A stretch of 64,000 nt of DNA from a bacterium (GTDB lineage: Bacteria > UBA8248). This document shows, piece after piece, positions 20,608-30,324 of the stretch. The stretch is taken from assembly GCA_965200245.1 (NCBI GenBank), contig CBDATS010000004.1, forward strand, positions 1,408,001-1,472,000, given 5' to 3'. The notes beneath the pieces were generated by a model. The model ran no database searches and was not told where the DNA came from. It saw only the letters and a list, made by a program, of their open reading frames with translations. The position numbers were made by a program, and so were the translations under genes. The stretch's first letter is position 1. Each line of letters opens with the position of its first letter.

Positions 20608-21492
20608 ATGGCGAACATTCTCATCGTGGGTAGCGGTTATGTCGGCTCGGCCCTTGGGGCGATGCTCGCCGAGGAGGGTCATCTCGTTTGGGGTATGCGC
20701 AGAAACCCCGAATACCTGCCGGAATCCATCAAGCCGCTGAAGGCGGACATCCACGACAAAGACCTGAGTGTTCTCCTGCCCGAGGGTCTCGATTTCATTT
20801 TCTATGCAGTTGCATCGGGTGGAGGCGGCGAAGCGGGCTACCGTGCGGCATATTCCGAAGGCCCCGAAAACCTCATCAAGGCGATTGACTTGAAAGGAGA
20901 AAATCCCAGGAGAATTTTCTTCACATCGAGCACGGCCGTCTACTCGCAAACAGACGGTAGCCGGGTGAATGAGTTATCACCCACGCGGCCGACCCACTAC
21001 TCTGGCCGCATCATGCTCGAAGGGGAACGCGTCTTTCTCGAAAGCGATCATCCTGCCACCGTCGTGCGCTTGGCAGGCATTTGCGGCCCCGGCCGGACAC
21101 GCCTGATCGATTCCGTCCGCGAAGGCAGGGCCGAAGTCCATGGGGGCCCGCCCCGGTTCACGAACCGAATCCATCGAGAGGACTGTGCAGGTGCGCTGGT
21201 GCACCTCATGAAGATGGGCACACCTGATGAGATATACATCGGCGTCGACGATGAACCAGCCGACCGCCGCGAGGTGCTGAACTGGCTCGCGGATCGGCTA
21301 GGTGCCCCGCGTCCGAACGAAACCACTGCGATCGATACCGCCTCCACGCGCGCGGCGACGAACAAGAGATGTTCGAACGCGAAGCTCAAGGCCGCCGGCT
21401 ATCGCCTTCGCTACCCTTCCTACCGGGAGGGCTACGCCGAAATGATCGCGGAGATGACAACTACATTGCCAGATCAGAAATCAGCTATCTAG
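20608..21492 (+). CDS. NAD-dependent epimerase/SDR
   Basis: Motifs IVGSGYVG, TSSTAVY, NRIHRED and YPSYREG. Confidence 0.88.
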   Translation: MANILIVGSGYVGSALGAMLAEEGHLVWGMRRNPEYLPESIKPLKADIHDKDLSVLLPEGLDFIFYAVASGGGGEAGYRAAYSEGPENLIKAIDLKGENPRRIFFTSSTAVYSQTDGSRVNELSPTRPTHYSGRIMLEGERVFLESDHPATVVRLAGICGPGRTRLIDSVREGRAEVHGGPPRFTNRIHREDCAGALVHLMKMGTPDEIYIGVDDEPADRREVLNWLADRLGAPRPNETTAIDTASTRAATNKRCSNAKLKAAGYRLRYPSYREGYAEMIAEMTTTLPDQKSAI

Positions 21493-22175
21493 CAATACCC
21501 GCAACTCCTTCCTCAGTTTTTTCAGGGAATCCGGGTCGTTGCTATGGTAATAGCCTCTGATGGTGAAGTTCCTGTCGATGAGCACGAAACGTGAACTGTG
21601 GGAGATCAGGATTCCCGGCGTCTTTTCTCCACCCTGATGACCGGGATGATGAGCGTGTGCGCTGGGCAGAAGAAGCCGGAAAACCGCCCGCCGATGGAAC
21701 CCGGGGAAATCGCTGCCTGTTTCGTCGCATAGCTCAGGCGAAAGCCGTTGAGTGCCAGATCTTTGATTTCCTTTTCTTTGCCCGTCAGGAAAAACCACCG
21801 CCCCCTGTCCGCGCCGAACTTGCGCGCATAGGTCGCGAGTGCCGCCGCCCGGTCATAAGCGGGGTCGGTGGTGATGGATACCTGCCGGAAATCCTTCTTA
21901 TCCGAGAACGCCTGCTGGAGCTTGCGCATCTCCACGCTCTGGAGGGGACAGGTATCCTCACACCGCGTGTAGATGAAGTCCGCCACCCAGACTTTCCCGC
22001 GCAGGCGCTCTCTCGCGAAGGCTTGGCCCGACGCGTCAACCAGTTCAAAGTCAGGTAGTTGCGAGTATACAGGCAGGTTTTCGTAAATATTTCGCTCAAG
22101 CCATCGCCAGGCAGGCGCACCCGCCAGCACAACGAGAACGCCCAGTGTTGTCAACAGAATCATGCGCCGCACCAT
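21481..22175 (-). pseudogene. SCO family copper chaperone, frameshifted near 21690-21720
   Basis: One frame carries FIYTRCEDTCP and W.FLTG. A second frame carries ISHSSRFVLID..IRGYY. Confidence 0.8.
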
Positions 22176-22487
22176 CTGTGGATCTCCAGGAATACCCCAT
22201 CAAAAACAGGTGCTTCCGCCAGAGCGCATTCTGGCAAAATGCATGCTCGCATGCAAAGCACATCCGGAAGGATTTTATCACCGCAACTCCTCAAAACCCG
22301 TAAATTTGCCGTCATCCCGATAGTCGCGCGTGCTGTGGCTGAATTTCCCTGTACCGTAATTCGTCGGTGTCAATTCTCAAGAGAAAAGTGCGGAACCACT
22401 CGGATCCATAATCATGGGCGCATTCTCCCCTCCTCCCGCTACCGCAAATGTGGGGGAGATGCGCTGCCTGTCAAGCCGGGGGCTGAC

Positions 22488-23252
22488 TTATTCGTGTGTC
22501 ATGGAAATCATGTAACGCCGCATGAGCCTGTGGATTGTCACTTGGAAGAGTTGATCTGTGATGAGGCCGAACCCCCCCAGCATCAAAAACCCGACGAACA
22601 TCTCCGCGGGCGCGATGATGTTCGTGCTTTGCATTATGAGAAAGCCGATGCCTTGGTCCGCAGCCAGCATCTCCGCGGCCACGACGCCCATGAAGGAAAA
22701 GCCCAATGCGATCCTGAGCCCTGTTAGGATATGGGGCCAGGCCGATGGCAGGACGACGCGCACGAAGATGTCCCGCTTTCGTGCGCCCAGGCAAAGGGCG
22801 GCACGGACACGGATCTGGGGAATGGAGAGAACGCCTGCCGCGGTGTTGAACAGAACTGCGATTCCCGCGGCGTAGGAAATGATGAAATACTTTCCGATCT
22901 CGCCGATGCCAAAGATCGAGACGACCAGCGGTATGAGCGCCACCGGCGGGATGTTCCGGCAAAACTCCAGGGGCGGTTCGATGAGGTCCCGGGCCAGACG
23001 AATCGCCCCGGTCGCCACACCGACCACGATTCCGATAAAACACCCCAAGGCGTACCCGAGAATGATGCGCCTCAGGCTCGCTCCGAGGTGGGCGAACAAT
23101 TCGGTGTTCCAGGTCATCTCGGCGAGTTTTTGGGTCACCGAGACGGGAGAGGGAACGATCGCGGCCTCGAAGAAAGTCCCGCTCGACGCCCACCAGAGGC
23201 CGATGAACACCAGGATCGAAACCGACAGCCTCGCCCATTTGTCCGTATACAC
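22488..23252 (-). CDS. ABC transporter permease (NitT/TauT)
   Basis: SLRRI..GY, IPPVALIP, AA.CLGA...VVLPSAWP and VVAAEM. GTG start after GGAGG. Confidence 0.9.
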   Translation of the reverse strand: MYTDKWARLSVSILVFIGLWWASSGTFFEAAIVPSPVSVTQKLAEMTWNTELFAHLGASLRRIILGYALGCFIGIVVGVATGAIRLARDLIEPPLEFCRNIPPVALIPLVVSIFGIGEIGKYFIISYAAGIAVLFNTAAGVLSIPQIRVRAALCLGARKRDIFVRVVLPSAWPHILTGLRIALGFSFMGVVAAEMLAADQGIGFLIMQSTNIIAPAEMFVGFLMLGGFGLITDQLFQVTIHRLMRRYMISMTHE

Positions 23253-23275
23253 TCGTTCCGACCTCCCTTTCGGTC

Positions 23276-24043
23276 TCAGTCGAACGCGGCCGTTTGCAGC
23301 ATGTAGCGCCGCATGAGCCTGCCGATAGTGAACTGGAAGGCGCGATCCGTGATAAGCCCTATCAGGCCCAGGAGAAACAGGCCTGAGAACATCTGTTCGG
23401 GAAGCAGCATGTTCCGGCTTTGCATGATGAGGTAGCCCACGCCGGACTCGGCCGCGATCATCTCCGCGGCCACCACCCCCATGAACGCGAAGCCGAGCGC
23501 GACCCGCAACCCGGTGAGAATGAACGGCCAGGCCGAGGGTAACACCACGCGCAGGAATATTTCCCAATGCCCCGCGCCCAGACACATGGCCGCGCGGACG
23601 CGAATCTGGGGAGTGGACGCCACTCCTGCTGCGGTGTTGAAGACGACCGGAATAATGGTCGAATAGATAATGACGAAATACTTGCTGGGTTCATCCAGGC
23701 CGAAGGCGTTCACCGCCAGAGGGATGATGGCGACCGGTGTGATGTTGCGCACGAACTGCAGGGGCGGTTCGAGCATGTCTTGGGCAATCCGTATGCGCGC
23801 GACAGCGATGCCCGTCAGAATCCCTAGAATGGACCCGAACGCGTAACCGACGATCACACGCCGGAGGCTGGCCCAGGCATGAAAGAGTATCTCGCCCTCC
23901 GCCGTCATCTCCCAGAGGTTCACGGCCACCTTGTGCGGCGGGGGCACCAAGATCGGGTTGAAAAGCGTGCCGCTGCTCAGCCACCAAAGGGCGAGTGCCA
24001 CAACGACCGAGAATGTTCTCCATAAGGCCTTGCGAGCGTTCAC
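23276..24043 (-). CDS. ABC transporter permease (NitT/TauT), paralog of neighbour
   Basis: Same motifs as the adjacent permease. Confidence 0.9.
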   Translation of the reverse strand: MNARKALWRTFSVVVALALWWLSSGTLFNPILVPPPHKVAVNLWEMTAEGEILFHAWASLRRVIVGYAFGSILGILTGIAVARIRIAQDMLEPPLQFVRNITPVAIIPLAVNAFGLDEPSKYFVIIYSTIIPVVFNTAAGVASTPQIRVRAAMCLGAGHWEIFLRVVLPSAWPFILTGLRVALGFAFMGVVAAEMIAAESGVGYLIMQSRNMLLPEQMFSGLFLLGLIGLITDRAFQFTIGRLMRRYMLQTAAFD

Positions 24044-24825
24044 CGCGCACGCATCCTCTGTACTTCTTCGTCGATGAGCGACTCGACCCGGCTGTACATG
24101 GCGGCGAAATCGGGGTTCGATGGAGAACGGGGTTCTTCCAAGTCGATCTGAAAGACCTCCTTGATTCCCGCCTCCGGCCCTGCGGTCATCACTGCCAGGT
24201 GGGTACTCAACAGGAGCGCCTCGAAGATGTCGTGGGTGATGTAGAAAATGGTCTTGCCCGTATCGGCCCAGATTTTGCGGAATTCGACCTGAAGGTGTTT
24301 TTTCGTGATCGCGTCGAGCGCAGCGAAAGGCTCGTCCATGAGCAGGATGTCCGGATCGTTCGCCAGCGCACGGGCGATCTGGATGCGCTGCTTCATCCCG
24401 CCCGAGAGTTCGAAGGGAAACTTCCCGCCATCGTCGTCGAGACCCACGAGCCGAAGATACTTGTCAGCCCGCTCCTTGCGCACATGGGCGCTCAGGCGGG
24501 CCATTTTCGGTCCGAACTCCACGTTTTCGCGCGCGTTCATCCAGGGGAAGAGGGCGTTGCTGACGTCCTGGAATATGACTGTCCTGTCCGTTCCGGGTCC
24601 GGTGACGGGCTTGTCGTCGAGAGAAACGTCTCCCGTCGTGACTCCTTCAAAACCGGCGACGATGTTGAGAAGGGTGGATTTACCACACCCGCTTGGTCCG
24701 AGGAGGGTGAAAAATGCCCCTCGCTCCACTGACAGGGTGACACCTCGCAACACCTGCGCGACGCCCCCGTCGGCTCGGGTAAAATTCTTGCCCACACCCT
24801 CCAGGCGTAAGACCCGCCAATTCAC
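24040..24825 (-). CDS. ABC transporter ATP-binding protein
   Basis: Motifs GPSGCGKS, LSGGMKQR, LMDEPF and ITHD. Confidence 0.93.
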   Translation of the reverse strand: MNWRVLRLEGVGKNFTRADGGVAQVLRGVTLSVERGAFFTLLGPSGCGKSTLLNIVAGFEGVTTGDVSLDDKPVTGPGTDRTVIFQDVSNALFPWMNARENVEFGPKMARLSAHVRKERADKYLRLVGLDDDGGKFPFELSGGMKQRIQIARALANDPDILLMDEPFAALDAITKKHLQVEFRKIWADTGKTIFYITHDIFEALLLSTHLAVMTAGPEAGIKEVFQIDLEEPRSPSNPDFAAMYSRVESLIDEEVQRMRAR

Positions 24826-24896
24826 ACCGCCTCCCCGTCCCCGCCCCGGCCGCTTTGCTGGCCGGAGGCAGGGGAAACCGCGTTTGATCCCAGCGT

Positions 24897-25886
24897 CTAT
24901 TTGACGAGTTTGGAACTCACCGACTTCAGACCCCTCGTGTCAAAGAGCGCGTTCCAGTTCACCTTGGCCTTGGACTTGCCCTTGGAGATCATGAAATTGT
25001 TGAGATCGTTCATGTCTTTTCGGAATTGCGGCGTATAGGATACGTCCATGTTCATGACCCGGATCATCCGTTTGGCCTTGTCCGCGGGAACCTTGAACTC
25101 CTTGCCCACAATCTTCGCTGCTTCGTCCAGGTTCTTCGCGGAAAATTCAGCTCCCTGCATGGTCCCCTGGATGAGAGCCGTCACGGCGTCGAAATCATTG
25201 TCGATGAGATCCTTGCGGGTGGACGTGACCATATATTCGGTGAAGAAACCCCTGCCCGTGCTCAGGATGTGCACCTTTTTCGCTCCCGAAACCTCGACCG
25301 ACCGCCATCCGAAGGGTTGCCAGATGGTAAAGCCGTCCAGGTCGCCCCGGTCGAGGGCGACGACCATCTCGGCCGGCTTGACGTTCTTGTACTTCACGGC
25401 GGAGAGCTTGACGCCGTTCGCGTCGAGATACTTGGCCGCGAAAAACTCCGAAGTCGTACCCAGCCAGACACCCATCGTCTTGCCGATGAAATCCTTGGCG
25501 CTCTTGATCGACTTCTTGGCGACCACCACCGAAAGATCAGTGTAGTGCGCGGAGGGATGGACCCCTACGATCTTTCCTTTGGTCTGGAGCCAGGTGCGCA
25601 CGGCGGGCCAGTCCCCCGTGTTCACGAAGTCCCCGCGTCCTGCGATGAACGACTGGGCGGCGACGCCGCCTGAGGTGAAGTGCTTGAGTTTCACGTTGAG
25701 TCCCAGCTTCTTGTAGAAGCCTTTGTGGACCGCCGTCACGATCGGCGCGAACTGGGGCGTGGATCCGATGAGATAGGTGTACTGCGACTTCTTGGGGGCC
25801 GCTCCCGAGGGAACGGCCACAACCAGGGCGAAGGCCACCAGTAGAATCACCACAAATAAGCGCTTCATGCTTGCCGTGTGACACAT
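24897..25886 (-). CDS. ABC transporter substrate-binding protein (SsuA/NMT1-like)
   Basis: Signal peptide, KGFYKKLGLNV, GTTSE and WQP. Confidence 0.88.
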   Translation of the reverse strand: MCHTASMKRLFVVILLVAFALVVAVPSGAAPKKSQYTYLIGSTPQFAPIVTAVHKGFYKKLGLNVKLKHFTSGGVAAQSFIAGRGDFVNTGDWPAVRTWLQTKGKIVGVHPSAHYTDLSVVVAKKSIKSAKDFIGKTMGVWLGTTSEFFAAKYLDANGVKLSAVKYKNVKPAEMVVALDRGDLDGFTIWQPFGWRSVEVSGAKKVHILSTGRGFFTEYMVTSTRKDLIDNDFDAVTALIQGTMQGAEFSAKNLDEAAKIVGKEFKVPADKAKRMIRVMNMDVSYTPQFRKDMNDLNNFMISKGKSKAKVNWNALFDTRGLKSVSSKLVK

Positions 25887-26059
25887 AGCTCAACCTCCTT
25901 GTTGTGATTGTCTCGAAAAAAGAGCATCGACTGGAATTTCCTCGATCGTACGCATAAACCCGAAATTGCGATTATCCGACGAGGCCGCCGTGAAGCGACC
26001 ACCTGTACCCGTGAAACATACGTGTTTCGTGCAGTGCTTCGCCTTCCTCCCATACAAAG

Positions 26060-27415
26060 TCAGAGCGTGACCGTGCTCCGCCGTTGCTGTTCGATCTTCC
26101 GCTGGATATGGGGGAGGATTTCCTCCCTCGGCCTGCCGCAAACGTCGAGCAGCAAGCTCGCGTAGACCTTCGTGGTATGGTAGAGATCCTCTAGGCTCAC
26201 GTGCTCACCGATGTTCGGGTCCCACCCGGGCACTCCTGATCGCGTCCTGCCGGAGGGTCCGTAATTGAGGGCGGGAACGCCGTAGCGCGTGATATGGGAG
26301 GCGTCCGATATCCAGCCCTCCGTCACCGTTTCCGGATCCTGGCCGTGCACCGACTTGTGGGCGCGCTTGATGGCGCCGTAGATGTATTCGTCTTCTTCGA
26401 TTTCCGCGCCCGGGTTGGACATGTACATCTCTAGATCTACCTTGAGTTCGGGATCTCCCGCCTTGATCTCTTCGATGATGTCCTCTATTTCCCGCTTGAT
26501 CTCCAGGGGGTGCTGCCTGGGAATGAGGCGCGTATCCAGATACAGGTTGCAGAAAACGGGGGTACGGCTGCACCGCCAGGGCCAGCCACCCTCGATGGCC
26601 GCCAGGTTCACGTTTGCGTTTGAATTTCCGTAGGGGTGCGCTTCGCGGTACCTGGGCGCCCAGCGCTCCAGGGCGTCGAGGATTTTCTTCATCTTCAAAA
26701 TGGCGTTGACCGCGTTGTGCGCGTAGGTCGTGTGGGCCGGCGTCCCGTATACGGTGATCTTGTGATAGACGTAGCCCATGTGGCCGAGAACCACCCGCAT
26801 CTCCGAGGGCTCACCAATGACTGCCATGTCGGCAGTGCCGCCGTGCGTGGCCAGGTAACAGGCACCGCATCCACCACCCCGGTAGTGCTTGCCTTGGTAT
26901 TGGTCGACCGCGCCCATCTCGATCTCACCGCCCACCGCGGCGGCGGTGACGTTTCCCTTGAGTTTCACGCCAGCGTCCTGGATGGCGTTGAGGGCCTCGA
27001 CATAGCAGGCGATCGCGCCCTTCATGTTGTAGATGCCCAGGCCGTATATCCATTCCTCGCCCGTGGAGGGGTCTGTCTCGCTCCAGGCGTGGGGTTGATA
27101 GGCGGGGAGCTTGGGTAGGCCGGGCTCCTTGCCTGAGTAGGAAGTATCGATATGGCCGCAGAAGAGAAACTCGATTCCTGTGCCGTCGCCCTGCAGGGTA
27201 CCCAGCGCGTTGAATCGATCCGTCTCGAACTCCTGGAGGCGTGAAGTAAGCCCGATGGATTCGTAATGGTCACCGAGGAAGTGAGCGATCTCGCTCTCCT
27301 CCCCCGTGGGGCTCCAGATGTCGACCAGGTCCATTCCCAGTTTCTTGAGACGCCCTTTGTCGATTGCCGCCCAGACTTTCTCCCGATGCTGGTCCATTCC
27401 CGTCGTCTGTTCCAT
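26060..27415 (-). CDS. M20/ArgE-DapE family metallohydrolase
   Basis: Motifs SPTGEE, GHIDT, GLGIYNMKG, IGEPS, G.PAH and YGP. Confidence 0.88.
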   Translation of the reverse strand: MEQTTGMDQHREKVWAAIDKGRLKKLGMDLVDIWSPTGEESEIAHFLGDHYESIGLTSRLQEFETDRFNALGTLQGDGTGIEFLFCGHIDTSYSGKEPGLPKLPAYQPHAWSETDPSTGEEWIYGLGIYNMKGAIACYVEALNAIQDAGVKLKGNVTAAAVGGEIEMGAVDQYQGKHYRGGGCGACYLATHGGTADMAVIGEPSEMRVVLGHMGYVYHKITVYGTPAHTTYAHNAVNAILKMKKILDALERWAPRYREAHPYGNSNANVNLAAIEGGWPWRCSRTPVFCNLYLDTRLIPRQHPLEIKREIEDIIEEIKAGDPELKVDLEMYMSNPGAEIEEDEYIYGAIKRAHKSVHGQDPETVTEGWISDASHITRYGVPALNYGPSGRTRSGVPGWDPNIGEHVSLEDLYHTTKVYASLLLDVCGRPREEILPHIQRKIEQQRRSTVTL

Positions 27416-27659
27416 ATGCCCTCTCCTTCTCCCGACCGGGCGAAAGCCCGGTGAATACGGCCTGCGAAGAGACGACGGCGATAACGGGGCCCTGCACTTG
27501 AAGCCGAAACAAGGTAAATACACGACCCCGCCCCGATCCCTCATCGGGCGCTCGCAATCTCAAGCGCACTTTATCTTGTAGATGCTCTCGATCCTAGCAA
27601 AATATATGCGTGAGTCAAACCACGGTGAAATTTGGTAGTGCCTCAGATTGAAAATGAGA

Positions 27660-27911
27660 TTATGCGTTACGTATTTCGTCCATGAGATCGCGGCCCTTCT
27701 GCGTCAATCTACTTACCCTGCAAGCGACTAATCTAGAAGATTCATCTATACCTGTAGTTAGCGGAGATTCGATAAGGCCCTCTTTTTTCATTAGGTCAAT
27801 ATGTCGCGTAACTTCTTTTCTGTTGTATTTACCTAGAGATTCAGGGCTGATACATCCATCCTCGTTTCCTTCGGCGCTCAAAAGGATTTGCCTGACGAGT
27901 TCCATATCCAT
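27660..27911 (-). CDS. DUF2513-like winged-helix protein (AT-rich islet)
   Basis: DMELVRQILL, HIDLM..EGLI and LT.KGRD..D.IR. Lower GC than neighbours. Confidence 0.6.
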   Translation of the reverse strand: MDMELVRQILLSAEGNEDGCISPESLGKYNRKEVTRHIDLMKKEGLIESPLTTGIDESSRLVACRVSRLTQKGRDLMDEIRNA

Positions 27912-28007
27912 AATTGGCTCTTCCTATGTGTTGGTAATTTAGCAAGGTATAAAATCCTCCGAAATTTCTGACTTTTCCGAAATCCCGGATCGCCGAGGCT
28001 CCGGTTC

Positions 28008-29279
28008 TCAATTCGGAATGTAAGCTGCAAGCGATGCCAGAATCCGGCATCCGGGAACGGGCATCGGGGTGGCGGTCTGTGCGCTGGTGTTCACCGGCGG
28101 AACTTCCCCGAATGCGCCGCCCCATACCTCGAAAGCGCCGTGCAGATCGCTCATGTCGTGGAATACGGTCTGGCTTCTCACGACGTTGGAGAGGTTCCCT
28201 CCCGCTGCGCGGCAAATGGCGTCGGCGTTCTTAAGTATGTATTCGGTCTGGCGCCTTATCGGTGAGGAATGCCATGGGAGCTTGGGGTTCACGCGAACTT
28301 CCGGCGCGAGGCCGTTATCGTCTGCGGCTATCTGTGTGGAAAGCCAAAGATAGGGGCCCGTCTTGACGGCATGCGGTTCATGGAAGAGGGGCGCCGGGAC
28401 GTCGGGTGCTGTAATCGTTCGGCGTTCCAGCCCGCCGTCCGGGCGCAGGGCCATGGAACTGACTTCAATGCGGGCACCGCCGATGGCCAGATCGTCGCAG
28501 GGAATGATGCTGCGTGCGGGTGCCTCGTCCGGGAAGAATTCGCGCCACACGTGATCCACCGCCGGAATATCCTCCATGTGGGTGAGGTAGACCGAGGTCT
28601 GGACGATGTTTTCAAGGTCGAGGCCCAGTTCGTTCAGCACCTCCCGTTTGGTACGGAGGATGTATTCGGTCTGGCGTTTGATGGCGGACTGGTGCCAGAA
28701 GGTCGGGTCGACCCGGGCGTCGGGATGAATCCCGGTCGCGTAGTCGGTGGCGATCATGCCCGGCATCAGCACGAAAGGCCCGGCGGACTGCGCCGCAGGG
28801 TAGCCGGTCAGGGACTTGGGCACGATTTCGAGATCGTGTGTCTGTTTTTCCCATCCTGATTCAGGTCTGAGTGCAAACCCGTCACATACGATGAGCGCAT
28901 CGGGCGCTTCCAGCGCTTTTGCCACCACCCGCGTGCTGGTCGGATGCGCCTTGGCCATGTAGGCCTGCCTTGTCGCGGAATACCACGCGGCCTGTTCGCG
29001 GCCCGTGATGAACTGCTCGATGCGGATGAGGTCCTCGAACCCGATACCTGCGCATTCGAGGATTTTCCCCATTCGCCCGAGTATGACGTGAGTTTGCCGC
29101 GCCATAGGCGGAGGACCCGCGAACGGATTGTCGGGATCCACGGCGGCCTCGGGCGCGACGCCAGTGGTGTAGTCCGTCGCCATTTGCCCGGCGAAGAATA
29201 GCAGGTGTTCGGTCTCTATCGCCTCGGACTGCGCTTTTGGGGAGGCGGGGCAACCTTGTGGAGCGATCACGCGCTTCAT
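28008..29279 (-). CDS. Multi-domain RidA/YjgF family protein (three tandem domains)
   Basis: Repeated A+D...G+.P++ ... RQT.YIL units, three times in 423 aa. Confidence 0.8.
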   Translation of the reverse strand: MKRVIAPQGCPASPKAQSEAIETEHLLFFAGQMATDYTTGVAPEAAVDPDNPFAGPPPMARQTHVILGRMGKILECAGIGFEDLIRIEQFITGREQAAWYSATRQAYMAKAHPTSTRVVAKALEAPDALIVCDGFALRPESGWEKQTHDLEIVPKSLTGYPAAQSAGPFVLMPGMIATDYATGIHPDARVDPTFWHQSAIKRQTEYILRTKREVLNELGLDLENIVQTSVYLTHMEDIPAVDHVWREFFPDEAPARSIIPCDDLAIGGARIEVSSMALRPDGGLERRTITAPDVPAPLFHEPHAVKTGPYLWLSTQIAADDNGLAPEVRVNPKLPWHSSPIRRQTEYILKNADAICRAAGGNLSNVVRSQTVFHDMSDLHGAFEVWGGAFGEVPPVNTSAQTATPMPVPGCRILASLAAYIPN

Positions 29280-29459
29280 CGTGTCTCCTCGAATGGGTTT
29301 TGTGAAATTCATGATACCACGATGCGAGCGCGTGCAACACCTCATTGAACGCGGGTTCGATGGTCAATAACACCCGTCCCGTGTATATATTCCGGCATCC
29401 GAACCGCCGTTTGCCGGGAGCGTGCCGAGTCCATGAGGCAACGATAACAGGGAGTGTCG

Positions 29460-30002
29460 ATGAAGGCCGATTCGAAAGTGGGGCCGCTCGTCCGTAACGC
29501 TACAGAAGCAGATCTAACCGCCATTCGGGAGATTTACGCCCACCACGTCCTGCATGGCGTGGCCTCGTTCGAGGAACAGCCGCCCGCTGTTGACGAGATG
29601 CGTCGCCGCTTTCGCGCCATTCAGGAGAGGGGCCTCCCCTATTTTGTGGCGGAGTTCGAAGGCGTCGTGCGGGGCTACGCTTACGCGGCGCCCTACCACC
29701 AAAGACCCGCCTACCGCCACAGCGTCGAAAATTCGGTCTATGTCGAGCGCGGTTTCTTGCGCCGGGGCCTCGGTGCGGCGCTGCTGGAAAGACTGATCGA
29801 ATCATGCGCTCGATTGGGCTTGCGACAGATGGTCGCCGTCATCGGCGACTCGGCGAATGCCGCTTCCATCGGGTTGCACGAGCGCGCCGGCTTCCGGCTC
29901 GTCGGCAGCCTGCAGTCGGTCGGTTTCAAGCACGGCCGATGGCTCGACTGCGTGATCATGCAGCGCCCCCTAGGTGAGTGCGACGAGACTTTGCCGACTT
30001 GA
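29460..30002 (+). CDS. GNAT acetyltransferase (phosphinothricin acetyltransferase/YncA-like)
   Basis: Motifs ASFEEQPP, GYAYA, R.AY..SVENSVYV, N.ASI.LH and VGFKHGRWLD. Confidence 0.92.
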   Translation: MKADSKVGPLVRNATEADLTAIREIYAHHVLHGVASFEEQPPAVDEMRRRFRAIQERGLPYFVAEFEGVVRGYAYAAPYHQRPAYRHSVENSVYVERGFLRRGLGAALLERLIESCARLGLRQMVAVIGDSANAASIGLHERAGFRLVGSLQSVGFKHGRWLDCVIMQRPLGECDETLPT

Positions 30003-30324
30003 ATCGCACCGCGGGAACATCGAGTGGCTACAAGGGAACGCGGCGCGGCGAAGATGGATATCCCTCCGAGCGACACCAGTCCGACACGCTCCGCATATGG
30101 GTTTATCGCTTCCAAGTCCAGGTTGCCGTCGAAGATTGCCGCGACAAACCGGGCACTATCACCCCGTAGAGTCTCGCCGCCGCACCCATGCCCGAAACCA
30201 CGCCGAAAAAGGCGCAAGATATACCATCTATACGGTGGTGAGACTGCCGAAAGCGTCTTCCGCACAGCGGCGGGGGTTGTATTTCAACCAGGTTGGCCTT
30301 GCTACATCTTGAAATTCATTCCCT

